Part shown: positions 1 to 17,236 of the stretch, piece after piece | Numbering within the stretch: position 1 is the stretch's first letter | How the letters are laid out: each line of letters starts with the position of its first letter | From: the human T2T-CHM13v2.0 reference genome, Homo sapiens | Reading direction: 5' to 3' (one strand) | Length of the DNA stretch: 64,000 nucleotides | NCBI RefSeq assembly: GCF_009914755.1 | Contig: NC_060930.1 | Notes under the pieces: generated by a model | The model's database searches: none | Told to the model about the DNA's origin: nothing | Seen by the model: the letters and a program-made list of their open reading frames with translations, nothing else | Position numbers and translations under genes: made by a program

Positions 1-696
1 CTCCAGGCTAGTGAGCCTCCATATTACTCACTTAATAGAATCGTCTTCTAAATATCCTGCTATAAATTTCCTCCATATTCTGAAACAGAGCAAGGGGCTA
101 TATAACTCTAAATTTCCTCAAAATGGCATTAAAACGAGATCTATTTTCACTCTCCTATCCACTACATGTACACAAACGCCACCAATACCTGAAATTTTGG
201 GGGCTGGCTTTCACAAGGTAAGTTATATTCTTTGGCTTTTCCCAATTCTGGCTTAAGGTGAAACTTCCCTTGTGTATCACACTAGTCCTTCTGTTATTTG
301 GTTTTCAGAATTTTGCTACTGCTTTCTACTTTCCCATTATTGTCCTTTTGTACTTATGAACGGCTCTCTCTCCTTTTTTCTTTTTTCTTTCTTTCTTTCT
401 TTTCTTCCTTCCTTCTCTTTCTTCTCTCTCTCTCTCTCTCTCTGAATTTTTGGCTAGAAAGATAGCAGATGCCTGTCTTCAATACGCGATTATTGTAAAC
501 AGGTCTATTTCTAACTTACTATGATTTTTCATAATGCTTGATATTCAGAGGATTAACAAAATAATACAGTAGGCAATGAAAAGGATGCTATCCTTTATGC
601 TCAGATTAAAATCCTAAAGGGACTCCAGCCTCCACCTAGAATATAGAAAGTTGGAAAGAATATTGCTCCTAATCTAACAATGAAAAAGTCCGCATA

Positions 697-1030
697 GGCC
701 GGGGGCGGTGGATCACGCCTGTAATCCCAGCATTTTGGGAGGCTGAGGTGGGCGAATCACCTATTACCTGACGTCAAGAGTTTGAGACCAGCTTGGCTAA
801 CATGGTGAAACCCTGTCTCTACTAAAAATACAACAACAACAAAAAAAACTAGCAGGGCATGGTGGCTCATGCCTGTAATCGCAGCTACTCGGGAGGCTGA
901 GACAGGAGAATTGCTTCAACCCGGCAGGTGGAAGTTTCAGTGAGCCGAGATGGAGCCATTGCACTCCAGCTTGGGCGATAAGAGTGAAACTCCATCTCGA
1001 AAAAAAAAGAAAAGAAAAGAAAAAAGAAAG
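697..1030 (+). mobile_element. Alu (AluS-type)
   Basis: Dimeric Alu, TSD aaagtcc(g/a)catag. Confidence 0.9.
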
Positions 1031-1374
1031 AAAAGTCCACATAGTCTAGAGAAGCATAATTTTCCTTGAACCCACGAAAAAGTTAAGGTCTCAGACAACC
1101 ACGTAGCCTGAAATCTATGGAAAAATAGGTGCTTCCAAGTAGAAATGAGAAATGAATACTGGCTCAACCATAGCAATAGGATGATGATGAGGCCTCCATG
1201 CGAGAGGGTAAGAAAAATTCAGCAAAAATTCAATATTTTATGACTTGCTGAATTTAGTCTAAGTGTTTATGTCTAAGAAGGAAATTCTAGAACCCCTAGG
1301 ATCAAGTACTCAAGAAGAGTTTTCACACTTTTGCAGGCTTTTCTTCACAATTCTCATAGTACTGCTGTCCTCCA

Positions 1375-1630
1375 TGTTGCAGGAGAATTGGTTCCAGGAC
1401 CCGCAAGAATACCAAAATCCACTGATGCTCAAGTCCCTTATATAAAATAACCTATGCACATCTTCCTGTATACTTTAAATCATCTCTAGATTATTTATAA
1501 TACCGAATATAATGTAAATCCTATGTAAATTGTTGCTATACTGTATTTTTTTATTGTTGCATTGTTTTTATTTTTTTCAAATATTTTTGATCCTTGGTTG
1601 GTTGAGTCTACAGATGTAGAACCCGTGCTC
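1375..1630. mobile_element. MER2-like DNA transposon fragment
   Basis: ttggttccaggaccc...aataccaaaatccactgatgctcaagtcccttatataaaa signature. Confidence 0.7.
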
Positions 1631-2205
1631 ATAAGAAATGATGGAGCAGGGCAAGAGATCAGAGAAAGCCCCTTTCAGTGGAACAGGACTGAGAGAATAG
1701 CCTGTCCCTAAAGAAAGAAAGCTTAAGCACTTACGGAGTAGCAGCAAACATGGTTATATCCAGAGAGCAGAAAATTCACAGGAGCTGAAGAAAGTAAAAA
1801 AGAATGAAAATTTCTACTTCAAGGGAGTATTAGGTACAGAATATCAGAGAATGTCAACTTCTGGGAGCAGGCAGAATGACCTCAGAGACCCTGATCACAG
1901 AGTCTGCCTGTCTTAGTCTATTTTGGGTTGCTATAACAGAATACCTAAGCTTACGTAATTTATAAAGAAAAGAGTCTTATTTGGCTTATGATTCTGGTGG
2001 CGGGAAGGTTCAACCACATGATCATCTCAACAGACATAGAAAAACATTCAATAACATTCAACACCCATTTATGATTTTTAAAAAATTAGTAAACTGGGAA
2101 TAGAGAGGAGCTTCTTCAACTTGATAAAAAGCATCTGCAAAAAAAATGTAATATCATACTTAATGGTGAAAGACTGAATGACTTCTCAAGATAGGGAATG
2201 TCTGA

Positions 2206-2553
<348 letters not shown>

Positions 2554-2854
2554 TCTTACCACTCTTATTCAACATTGTTTTAGAAGTCCTATTTAATGTA
2601 ATTACACAAGACAAATAAATAAAAGCACACAGATTAGATTGTAAAGGAAGAAATAAAACTCTAGTCATAGGCAACATGATTGTCTATACAGAGAATGCAA
2701 AATAATCTAAAATAAGAAATAAATATAACCTAAAATAAATAAAAATAAATAAATATAACCTAAAAATAAAATATCTGAAATAGAATAATAAAAGAATATA
2801 GTAAGACTGTGAGATAAAAGGTAAATAAATAAAAATCTATTGTATTTCTATGTA

Positions 2855-3330
2855 CAGAGGTACCTCCACTTACGGTGGGGCTACATTCCAACGAACCTAT
2901 TTCAAGTTAAGAATATAAATCAAGGCCGGGCGCGGGGGCTCACGCCTGTAATCCCAGCACTTTAGGAGGCCGAGACGGGCGGATCACGAGGTCAGGAGAT
3001 CGAGACTATCCTGGCTAATACGGTGAGACCGCCCCCCCATCTCTACTAAAAATACAAAAGAATTAGCCGGGCGTTGTGGCGGGCGCCTGTATTCCAGCTA
3101 CTCCGGAGGCTGAGCCAGGAGAATGGAGTGAACTCGGGAGGCGGAGCTTGCAGTGAGCCGAGATCGCACCGCTGCACTCTACCCCAGCCTGGACGACTGA
3201 GCGAGACTCCGTCTCCAAAAAAAAAAAAAAAAAGAATATAAGTCAAAAATGCATTTAGTACCTCCCCACTAAAAAAACCCATCACAAAGTTTAGAAAATT
3301 TAAGGCAAACCATGGTAAGTCAGTTACTGT
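2855..3330. mobile_element. Tigger4a/MER46-like element interrupted by AluY (2924-3233, +)
   Basis: ccacttacggtggggctacattcc... ends; Alu TSD aagaatataa(a/g)tcaa. Confidence 0.7.
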
Positions 3331-3348
3331 ATTAGAAATGAACAATTA

Positions 3349-3650
<302 letters not shown>

Positions 3651-4007
3651 TCAGAAAATATAAGGAGCTCTCAGAACTCAATAATAAGAAAACCAAACAA
3701 TAACGAATATTTAAGCACACACTTTGCCAAAGATTATATATGGCCAACAGATAAACACATATACTTTATGAAAATATACTTTAATCTTTAGGGAAATGCA
3801 AATCAAAATCACAGTAAGATACTAATATATTTTTGCTAGAATGGCTAAAAAATTAAAACATAATTTAAAACAAGCATTGGTGAGAATGAGGGGGAACATA
3901 AACTCTAATATATGGTTCCTGGGAATTTAAAACGGTATGAATTGTTGCTGGAAATTTAAGACAGTATGACTGCTTTGGAAAGCAAGTCAGCAGTTTCTCA
4001 TGAAACT

Positions 4008-4043
4008 TGTAATACAAAAGTGATAAACACTACATGAAGGTCC
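4008..4043 (-). pseudogene. 5'-half tRNA-Val relic abutting L1 sequence
   Basis: tgtaatacaaaagtgataaacactaca; shares upstream flank with the 9075-9146 relic. Confidence 0.4.
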
Positions 4044-4596
4044 AATATCACTGTGAAGAAGGACAGGAGAGAATTCTAAAAATAGCAGGGCTCAAACAAC
4101 AATTGGTTGCAGTCATCGGATGCAAGGATAGTCTCTCACTAAGTATATACAGCAGTCGGATTACACATATTTTTCTTTTATAAAACTATAACCACACCGA
4201 GGATCATTTCCTTTCATTTTCCTGTCAAGATTGATTTAGGTTAGCCAATTATCTCCTGCTCGTTGAAATAAATTTAAAAGCACATTATTTACTTATTGAT
4301 GTTTTCCTATAATGTCTTAGCTGAACATTTCTAGTCTGAAAGACTATTTGCATTCGACAATCTTGCTCGCATTTGGGATAATTTCTCCTACTTGAGTCTG
4401 ATTTTTGTAAGGAATATTGAGAGCCTTAATAGTGGAGTTGGGCTTCTCTGAGTCCCGCTCTCTGGCAACAAAAAAAAGCAGTGCTTGTGGGATTCGCTTT
4501 TGCCTGCATCAGAGCCAAAGAGAACCTAAACGCAAAATATTTCACAATTTCCCTTCTTTTGGAACTGAATCGCCTGCAGAATTCAGGTCTCTTTAG

Positions 4597-5144
<548 letters not shown>

Positions 5145-5400
5145 TGAATACACTGTGCTGTTAGGCCATAGGAATTGTGGGAAGAGGCGTCTCCTACTTA
5201 ATACTGCTCACCGAAGCAATTTCCTTGAAGATTAAAAAAAAAAAAAGTAGTGTTGGGCAGAATATTGTTTAATAACCTTCGTTATTATTTGAAGCGTTTA
5301 CACGCAAAGTGAGAAGGTTGTCATATTAGTTTTTATGTAAGCATACCTGGCTTCCAACTCTGCGGCAGAAACCGCAAACGTCAAAGCACACACCAACGCT

Positions 5401-5483
5401 TACCGGGAGTGGGGCTCGAACCCACGCGGACACCTGTCCATTGGATCTTAAGTCCAACGCCTTAACCACTCAGCCATCCCGGT
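5401..5483 (-). tRNA. tRNA-Leu(TAA)
   Basis: Reverse complement ACCGGGATGGCTGAGTGGTTAAGGCGTTGGACTTAAGATCCAATGGACAGGTGTCCGCGTGGGTTCGAGCCCCACTCCCGGTA; 83 nt, long variable arm, intact A/B boxes. Confidence 0.96.
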
Positions 5484-6111
5484 GATAACAGCCAGTTTTG
5501 TTGTCAACGTTTACTAGGCTAGAATTTGTAGTTTCTGGAAGATTATGAGTAATTTTATATCCGCGAAAACTAGGACCATGTTTAAAAGAGTGTACAAAGT
5601 TAATAAATCTTTCTAATATTGCTTGGAAATAAACAAATGAAAAGATATATTTCCAAAAGTATGACTTAATCACTAATTTGCGACAGGCATTATGCTAGGT
5701 GTTAGGGAAAGACGAACCATCCCTGATTCCTTGGACTTCCATTAAAATGAGGCGTGTTGAGGGAAATCCACGCCTGTCAATGCTGGGATCAGAGCTGAAT
5801 CCTAAAGATTCAGCAACCTCCGCCTCCCGGGTTCAGGCGATTGCTGGGTGTAGGAAAGAACATGTCAGAGAAAAGAGTCTCCCATACATTGACATACAGA
5901 AGAGTTTTTAATTATTCTATTGTTGTGATTTTTTAAAACATGGACTATACAGTATAATCATCTGTGGATTTTGTAAAATATACTTATCTAGATAGTTTAA
6001 ATTCCTACATATGACAGACAAAAAAATAATAGAAACGTAGAAAAATAGCTTTATTATCTAGGGGACAGAATAACATTAAACAAACAAACAAAACTAAAAA
6101 CACAAACAATA

Positions 6112-6552
<441 letters not shown>

Positions 6553-6630
6553 TTAATCTACATGATATAGTAAGAAGCCATTAAAATCAGCAAGATCAAA
6601 CAGCAAGCTCAATAGAAAATGTGTAAAGAA

Positions 6631-7011
<381 letters not shown>

Positions 7012-7419
7012 TTAATATTATCAATATAAAATGCAAGATAAAATAAGTTATTACTCAACCTACATTACATTGGAAGAATTAGAAAGCTTGATGTGTCCAT
7101 TATTGCAGAAATGGGAATATGGAAGCCCTCATATCCTGCTGGTGGAAGTTTATATTAATGTAGCCATTTTGGAAAGCAGTCTAATACTTTTTACTCAAGT
7201 TAAGATTGACACACTCAATGACCTAGGTATTCGGCTCCTAGGTGTATATTCCCCCTCATGTCACAAAGATATAGATTGTATCATATGTGGATGTTAATTG
7301 CCTCACTATTTTTCCTCTTCCAGAATCAGATTCAGCCTTGAAGCCAACATTGAACAGTAGATACGTGAAGTGTGGTAAACACATAATATTAAATATTATG
7401 CAACTATGAGATGTACTAG

Positions 7420-7746
<327 letters not shown>

Positions 7747-7791
7747 GCATGTACCAATCTTAAAAAGAAATTTTTTTTAAAAAAGATACTT

Positions 7792-8106
7792 GGCCGGGCG
7801 CGGTGGCTCACGCCTGTAATCCCAGCACTTTGGGAGGCCGAGGCGGGTGGATCATGAGGTCAGGAGATCGAGACCATCCTGGCTAACAAGGTGAAACCCC
7901 GTCTCTACTAAAAATACAAAAAATTAGCCGGGCGCGGTGGCGGGCGCCTGTAGTCCCAGCTACTGGGGAGGCTGAGGCAGGAGAATGGCGTTGAACCCGG
8001 GAAGCGGAGCTTGCAGTGAGCCGAGATTGCGCCACTGCAGTCCGCAGTCCAGCCTGGGCGACAGAGCGAGACTCCGTCTCAAAAAAAAAAAAAAAAAAAA
8101 AAAAAA
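7792..8106 (+). mobile_element. Very young AluYb-lineage element (Yb11-like)
   Basis: 7-bp GCAGTCC duplication and Yb8 diagnostics plus CTACTGGGGAG, GGCGTTGAACC and GTCCAGCC; pure A tail; TSD AAAAGATACTT. Confidence 0.92.
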
Positions 8107-9074
8107 GATACTTAACACAATAAGATTTTCCCTTCTGTTAGCACTAATCATTCTGCTCTCTGGCATTCAAAATCTTGCTACTTGCTACTGCTCATCATTT
8201 TCTCATCTTTTTGTCCCTGTGTATTTATGTCTTTAAACACCCTTAATGCTTTGTATAAGTGTAGTTTGGAATAAAGAGAAAGCAAAAGCTGTGCTTAATT
8301 TGCCATCATTATAATTAGGTCTATCTGTGACTTACGATGATTTTTTATCACCATGGAATCCTAAGGATTGGTAAAATAGTGTGTGGTGATATCCACTTGT
8401 GGTGATAGGGAACCATCATTTTATTGGGATCAAATACCAAAGAGTCTAGAAAATAAAATTTTACGTCAAATTTTCTTGTCTCTCATTTCACCACTTCAGT
8501 CTATTGAGGTTAAGCTGAAAGAACAAATATCACATCCAGGACAGAACCTCATTTGCAAGCTGCTTGCTATTTTTCTGACCACTTTCCCTAAGTTCTGACA
8601 AATGCTGGCTCAGTTACTACTATTCCGCCTTCCTTACCGCTCCAACTTTTCAAAATATAGAGCTAAAAGCCAGATCCACATGAGCTGCCCTAGAAAGACG
8701 CAAATGCCTTTATATCCTGGGCATTTTCTATTCCTGGGGTTCTGGACTCAAGACCTTCTCAGGCCATCTGAATCCCTGGCCTACTCTTTGTTGGCTGAAG
8801 CTGGCAGCTTTCCACATTTTTCACAGCTTCCATGCTAGTCTCAGAAATCAGCTGTTAATTTGGTATTCTGAATGTTTGGCAATTGTAAGCACTTGGGCTT
8901 TGTGGAGGGCCCTTTATGGAAGCCAGAAAAAAATGAGGAAATGTTAGCCAGACCCCAGAACCCTGTAGTCTGCTGGAGCAGGCAACCAGATGATAACAAT
9001 TGTAAAATAATTCATTGGTCTCTCTATTATGAAATTTAAAAAGCAGGATAAAGGGATCAGTCCTTGGTTTATTT

Positions 9075-9146
9075 TGGATCTCCTGCAGAGCAAAACCATG
9101 ACCTTCTGCATATAACACACAGTGATAATCACTACACTAACACAAA
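9075..9146 (-). pseudogene. Highly decayed tRNA-Val(TAC)-type relic
   Basis: + strand ...gaccttctgcatataacacacagtgataatcactacacta resembles the reverse complement of tRNA-Val(TAC) (GACCTTCTGCGTGTAAAGCAGACGTGATAACCACTACACTA). Confidence 0.6.
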
Positions 9147-10361
9147 ATGTCATAGCTGAGGACAGGTACAAATGCTAGAAAAAAAATGGCTACAGTAAAA
9201 TCCAAGGATAGTCTCACTACAAGATAAAGTAAGGAGAGTATTTCAAGTGCTAAACAATTTTATATGCATCTCAATTGGCACAAGTTTGAAAGACCCATCA
9301 ATTACAATACACTGAAAAAAGGTAAGTTTAGATATCCAAAACTGAACTCTTGATTGTTACTTGTTCTCATTCATTCATTCACTAAAGAAATGTTAATTAA
9401 TTCTCTACTAAAAGTCCTAAGCCAGAGACTATTAAGTAGCTGGGAATAAAGCAGTGGACACGACAGACAAAATATCCTTTTCCTCATGGAATTTATGTTT
9501 TAATTCCTATCAAATAGCTGTTGATGATCAAATATGCTATCTTTTGACGAAAATTTTTACCATAGTTAGCAGAACTCTATCGCTTCTTTAGGATTTATAA
9601 AATCTAGCCTACTAGATGCTTTTCACTATGCTAAGGATGAGATAATTATGGATGAGGAAGCTTATCCTCATGTTCATATATATATATGTATATAAAACAG
9701 CAAAAAATACATAGTGTGAGAAGCATATATACATATATATACATATGTGTAAATATACATATGTATTTATTACCAATTACCATGTATGATATATAGATAT
9801 TTGCTCATTGGTAACTGATCCTAATGAATACGGTTGTTCTGTCTTGATTTTAAACTTCCCCTTACACACCCAAGCTATTTATTTCTTGTTATACGCCTTT
9901 GCATGAACACTGCGTCTGCCTTTTGTTTCAAACCTCAAGAAAGAGTCTCATTTAGGAGTAAGCGGGACTTTGAATGAATCTCACTGACAGGCTGCTAGCA
10001 TGAAGAAAAAAATACTCGAGGTCACCAATATCCTGCTTAATTTTCAGTCATCGAGAAATGAACATTAGAGCGTCTTATGAGAGCAGAGAGCAGAGAACAT
10101 ACCAAAAAAAAAAAATGAACTGAAATAAAATTTCCCGAGAGACTGCCTGATATTTCCCCGCCCTGTGCTTCTGAAGGAATTGAAGCTTCAGGAGAAGCAT
10201 TTGCTTGATTTCGAGTTGTCGGGTTTTAAACTATGTATTCTAAGAATTAGAAAGTGTAGGGGAAAATATTACCCCTCTGCCAAAGATATACCCTGACGGA
10301 ACGGATAAATTTAAAGTTCATTTTAACTAATTCAAAACTGAAAAACACTCTCACTAAGCGA

Positions 10362-11205
<844 letters not shown>

Positions 11206-12403
11206 AGAACTGGTTTTCAATCAGTTCAATCTGTCAGTAACAATCGCTTCTGTGAACACACTTTTGAAAACCAATCAGTGTCTGCTCCTGGCTTCCGAAA
11301 CTGAGCTGATCAGGGATGGACTCACTCCAATAAACATACCTATGAGTGCCGACCAAACAATGGCAGTCTCTGACAAGTAACCATGCTCCCATAGATTATA
11401 TCAACCTAATGAAAAAAAGATCAGCCATCTGTTCTGTTTTCAGGGACTGTGTTTTACAATATAGCTCTCCCTCGAATGAGCTTTGATTTTGTCTTTTTAA
11501 AGTATTGAGCGGTGGTTTCGTCATCCTTTGAAAATGACCCTTTGTCAGATCTGAAATGTCTAAGTTTCGTTTCTTGCTGGGATTATTTTTACCATTTATT
11601 TTTCACATCTGTAATTCTGTGTATTCTATAAAATGATATAATCTTTACAACCACTTTGTTTTGCTGTAAATGTAGACCTTGGCAGGCTTTTGCTCCTTTA
11701 TATATGTTTATCAGTCAGACTGGGCAAACAAAATCCCAATGTTTGAAAACACACTCTAATGGCGAGTCTTCAACAGTCACTCCACAAATATTTACCGAAT
11801 GCCTACTCTGTCTTCAGAGCCATTCTGAGACCTGGTGATCTGGAAGAAAAAAGAAAAAAATTATGTCCTCAAAGACGAAAATTCTGATGAGAACAGACTG
11901 AGAATTTAATATGAAAAAAAGGAAAGCAAAATATGTATGCATTGTTTCCCATTGTGATTATCTTAATAAAAAATATCAATTTCAACAGTGTCCAAAGATA
12001 GCTCCAGGGGTGAGCAGACCATCAGGTAGAGGAAGCACGTGACAGGCACAAGCAGACTCCATAGGCTGGATCCTGAGAAAGGGACCAAAAAAACATGGAG
12101 TTCGGATGGACAGCGGGCATCAGACACACATCCAACCCCAGTGCTACCCCCCTCTCTAACACCCTCATTTTCTTCACTAAAATTTCTGTCTTAGGGCGTC
12201 ATGTCACTTGTTCCATAAGATTTTCTTTTTTCTTTCCCAAGCTCCTTTAGAGGAGTGCAAGACTGAAATGGGTAGGTGTGACTGCTGAAGAAGAAATGGC
12301 ATCATTTAATTCCGACTTTAAATTGAAGAAGCTGTTATTTCCGATGTATAGCTGGATGTGAAGTGACTGCGGCAAAATCGGAGAGAGAAGGTGAGAACCC
12401 TCG

Positions 12404-12477
12404 TGGCCCGTACGGGGATCGAACCCGCGACCTTGGCGTTATTAGCACCACGCTCTAACCAACTGAGCTAACCGGCC
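12404..12477 (-). tRNA. tRNA-Ile(AAT), canonical
   Basis: Reverse complement GGCCGGTTAGCTCAGTTGGTTAGAGCGTGGTGCTAATAACGCCAAGGTCGCGGGTTCGATCCCCGTACGGGCCA; T4 terminator at 12374-12377. Confidence 0.97.
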
Positions 12478-14351
12478 ACCCGGAAAACAGTTGTTCTTTC
12501 AATTTTAAAAAAGCAAAATGTTTGTTGTTTTTGTGTTTCTTTAACACTAAAGGAAATTCTTTTCCTCTCCTCAAAGGGATGTCTTTTAAAATAATTTTAA
12601 TTGCGACTACGTAATATTGTTTCTTCAAACTTCTGTTGGTGTTTTGCATTTTCCCTTCCTGCACTCCCGCAGGGAAGAAGGAAAACAAAAACAAAAACAA
12701 GGACAAGGCCAAAAACTCTACCTCCAGCAGAAAGGAACTTCGCCTCTCCCGTGGGAAATGAGATTTTCTCAAACTCACCTATTCCGCCCGGAGAAAATAC
12801 TACAGAGAACCATTCACGAGAGGGGCTTCCTTCCTTTTGACCTTGGGAGGGGTCCAGAGACCCGGGGGACGATCTGGGAGCAGAAGCTGGTCGTTCTGAG
12901 TTTTCCATCCAAATGGTTTGCTTATGAAATTGACTCACCACGCGGAATGGCTGGTGGATTTGGATCGCGGCATGAGGAATCCGCTCCATAATGGAAGGAA
13001 GAAAATCTCCGGCAGCTATGCCTCGCGGGTTCATAAGGACTGGAGAGTTACTCCTTCTCTCTGGCCCCCTCAAAACGCCCGGTGGTATGTCTGTTGCTCC
13101 ACTACGCGTTATTATAATTAACTGCTTGTGTTACTCTTTGTGCTGTCTTGCTCTTCATTCTCCTGGTACCTCGGGTGCCCGCACAGCATGGTAAGCTGCT
13201 CAATAGTTCAATGAATGGGGAAAAGGTGTGCAGAGGTCATTTCTGCTGATTATCAAGACTTCAATTCTTCGAAGTGGAGCACGAGGATCCTCTAGGCGGC
13301 AGGCAAATGTCATCAGGAGTCTCAACGTCTTCCCCCCAAAAAACAATATTTTCAACAGAAATCAATTTACCTCCTCATTGGTGGTGGAATGGGAAGATGG
13401 TGGAGAAAGCTGTCCTTTAATAACAGCTCGGAGGTCTCCGTTCTCCAACAAAGGACTTTGTGCATACCTTTTCTCTCCCAGTTCCCGCCGCTATGGCTGT
13501 TGGAAGACTAAGGACTTCCACTCAGCCGGGCTTCGGCGCCTCTTCCTGTCCGGGCGCGGCTACGGTTCCTGGTACACATTCGCTGCGCCTCGGGCAGCCT
13601 AAGGGTGCTCAAGTTCAACAAGGTCAGCACCCAGTTCTTTTCAGACAGGGAACACACTGGCGATGCAAACAGGGTTGAGCTGGTTCAGGTATGCATGTGT
13701 TGAAATAGACAAGTCTGCGTCCTAGAGCCCTAGCAACGATCCCGAACAGGCAGCTCTTTTTCCTGGACGATTTCCCAGGAATTAAGTCTGGCTCAGCTCT
13801 AGTTTGGTGTCCGGCTCTAGTTTGGTGCCCAGCAAATAAATTTCGAGAGGAAAGAGGAATTCAGACCATTTCTGGAGTGACAATGGTATCCACGAGCGAG
13901 TGCTCTAAATTTTCGGGCCACTTGGAGGTTTCTCGGATTTCTATTTTGAGGACAAAGACGATAACGCTAGCCTCCATGACCCTGCTGAATATCTAGGAAA
14001 ACCCAAGAATTCGAGGGAGGCCGTGTTGTAATATCTGGTCTGAGTGGCCCTCTTTGGATTTGGAGGCTGTTTCCAATAGACACAAGATAAAAACTGAAGA
14101 TTTAACAGAGCTTAGTCGTTAGCCAAGTTGGGCCCTTAGGCTTCAAAATATTGTTACCCACCGTCCTCCCCAATTTTTTAAAACTATGTCCCCCCATACA
14201 CATTTTTGACAAATTAATATGTATCTTAAGATTAAGCAGATGTTTTTCTTTGTATTATAATTATTGACATTTTTAAAAATTAAAGTGTTGCATCATTCTT
14301 GAATACGTTGAAGATCATAAATTTTGAATAATGTAATAGTTTTATGCTTAA

Positions 14352-14740
<389 letters not shown>

Positions 14741-15506
14741 GGCTTTCATTTTTATGAGTTCCTCTGCATTGAATTATCATTAAAATTGTTACTTATATAC
14801 AATCAAGCATAACAATAAAAATATTATGAATTTGGAAACTAATCAGTGAGTATAAAGGTGAAAGTAATTGGATATTTATCGAAATTACACAATTGGGCTT
14901 TTATAATTAGTTCGTGTAATTGTTGATAAATAAATGTACACATTGCCATGATAAGTCATTTCAATATTAGTTTTATGCCCAATTTATAACTACTGAGAAA
15001 ATGCATTTTAGTATACAAATAAATGAAAATAGATCAGATTTTGTTACACAAATGTCTCAGAATTATTTAACAGTAAGTTATTTGCCAAAAATCACATAGT
15101 AACCCACAATAAATAATTACATTTTACACTCTATGCTAGTTGAGAACTTGACTAGATTCTCCCTTAATTTGTTTAAACCAAATAATTGGAAACTTCCTGA
15201 CTTGCTAAAGGATAGTTACTTAGCAATTAGAACAATTCAATTACCCGGGAAAGACTCTTCCCACCCAGGTCTTTCCAATCGTCCCTGTGTTGAAGCCCAG
15301 AGTGTTTTGCACTTTGAGCTAAAGAACCTTGGTCATACTGAGAAGAGTGAGAGAAACACGGGGTTTTTTTTGTTTGTTTGTTTTTGTTGTTGTTTGTTTT
15401 GTTTTTGAATATAAGAAAGGCCATTGAGAAAATGCACACCTTGATATCAGGAGTGTTCTCAGACAGATCAATTTTAGAAAAAAATCTATATGGTGGTTGA
15501 TGATAG

Positions 15507-15755
15507 CGCAGTGGTGCCATCTCGGCTCACTGCATCTTCCGCCTCTCGGGTTCAAGCAATTCTCCTGCCTCAACCTCCTGAGTAGCTGGGATTACAGGCG
15601 TGCCCTACCACGCCTGGTTAAATTTTTTTTTGTATTTTTTGTAGAGATGAGGTTTCACCATGTTCGTCAGGCTGATCTCGAACTCCTGGCCTTGTGATCC
15701 TCCCGCCTCGGCCTCCCAAAGTGCTGGGATTACAGGCGTGAGCCACCGTGCCCGG
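15507..15755 (-). mobile_element. Alu lacking its 3' end and tail
   Basis: Alu consensus begins at gcagtggtgccatctcgg. Confidence 0.85.
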
Positions 15756-16050
15756 CCGGATCTTGCACTTTTTAAAATTAGGTCCTCTTGTGTTCCCAAG
15801 GGTAAAATTACCCTAATTTGATAACTGCTGCAGTAGACCACTGGACCTCATTCTCTGAAAAGATACTCACCATCTATCATGTCCCACTACTTTGTGGTAC
15901 CCATACTCCTTAAGGACAGGTATTATTGAGTGTTTAAGTAATTTCAGCATGGCACTTGGTTAATAAGTAGCCAAGGCATATGAAAGTCACCCCGTTATTG
16001 CCTTTGGAAATCAGAATTGAAACATGTTTGAATTTGTGCCTTTGTAATCA

Positions 16051-16146
16051 GTGGAGAGAACGGGACAGATGTAACTAAACTCCGAGTAACACTAGGAAGT
16101 GGAGAGAGCGGGACAGATGTAACTAAACTCTAAGTAACACTAGGAA
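16051..16146 (+). repeat. 48-bp tandem duplication
   Basis: gtggagagaacgggacagatgtaactaaactccgagtaacactaggaa x2, 3 mismatches. Confidence 0.9.
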
Positions 16147-16204
16147 ATATATTAAGCATGCGCATTAACAGGGTAAAAGAAACCTGCTATATGAACTACA
16201 TATA

Positions 16205-16723
16205 TGTAGGATTTCGGTCAGGGTGGTGGGAGAAGTTATAAGAGAAAATTATAGGAAAAACGCAAACCTTCTTGGAACGCCAGGAGGTTTTGTAAAAGCT
16301 TTAGGAAAGGCTTATGGCTGAAGGCAGCCTGATCCTCTTACCTTGAGCTAATAGTATAAAGCAAATAACAAGGAGATGTAAAGAAACTGATCTAGATAAG
16401 TTAGTTTACTTAGGCCTCCAACCCTGGCCTTTAATCACCCGCAGGACTGCTCTCTCCAGGGAGGGTGACCATATTAATTAGCCACAAGTGTGTTGACTCA
16501 AAGCCTTTGCCATTAAATCTGTACTGAATAAATGCCCGCAGGGCCAGCTTGTCAGGGCCGGGCTGCGTAATCTTTAGAACACCCTCCTCTGTGTGTGCAA
16601 GCAGGATGCAACAACTCCTTCTGTGAACGCCCGGTCCCCTAGCCTGCTCTTTCATTGGATATCTGTGTCTGAGTGCATTTTTTCATCCGATGTTCGGTCA
16701 GGGTCTGCGGGTCGGACCCGGCA
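16205..16723 (+). mobile_element. Solo LTR, LTR22-like (HERV-K HML-5)
   Basis: TG...CA termini, CATATA target-site duplication, internal AATAAA, ends tgtagga..cggtcagggtggtggg / ggtcggacccggca. Confidence 0.8.
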
Positions 16724-16913
16724 CATATACAGTGTTATGTGAAAAGGCTTTTCATGATATCCCAAATCATTTCGAATTTGTGAGAAAAAAACAAAAGTCT
16801 TACTTCTGAGCACCTTTGTGAGCGTCTGCCCTGCCATGAAAATAAGTTTCAGTTAGAAGCAAGAAAATGGAGCTCACTTCTAGCTAAACATTTTAAAAGA
16901 AAAAGGACAGTAA

Positions 16914-17236
<323 letters not shown>

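Noticed and set aside
4468-4550. Possible tRNA-Ser/Leu relic (A-run then gtgggattcg...cagagccaa)
   Set aside because: Too few matching positions to distinguish from chance.
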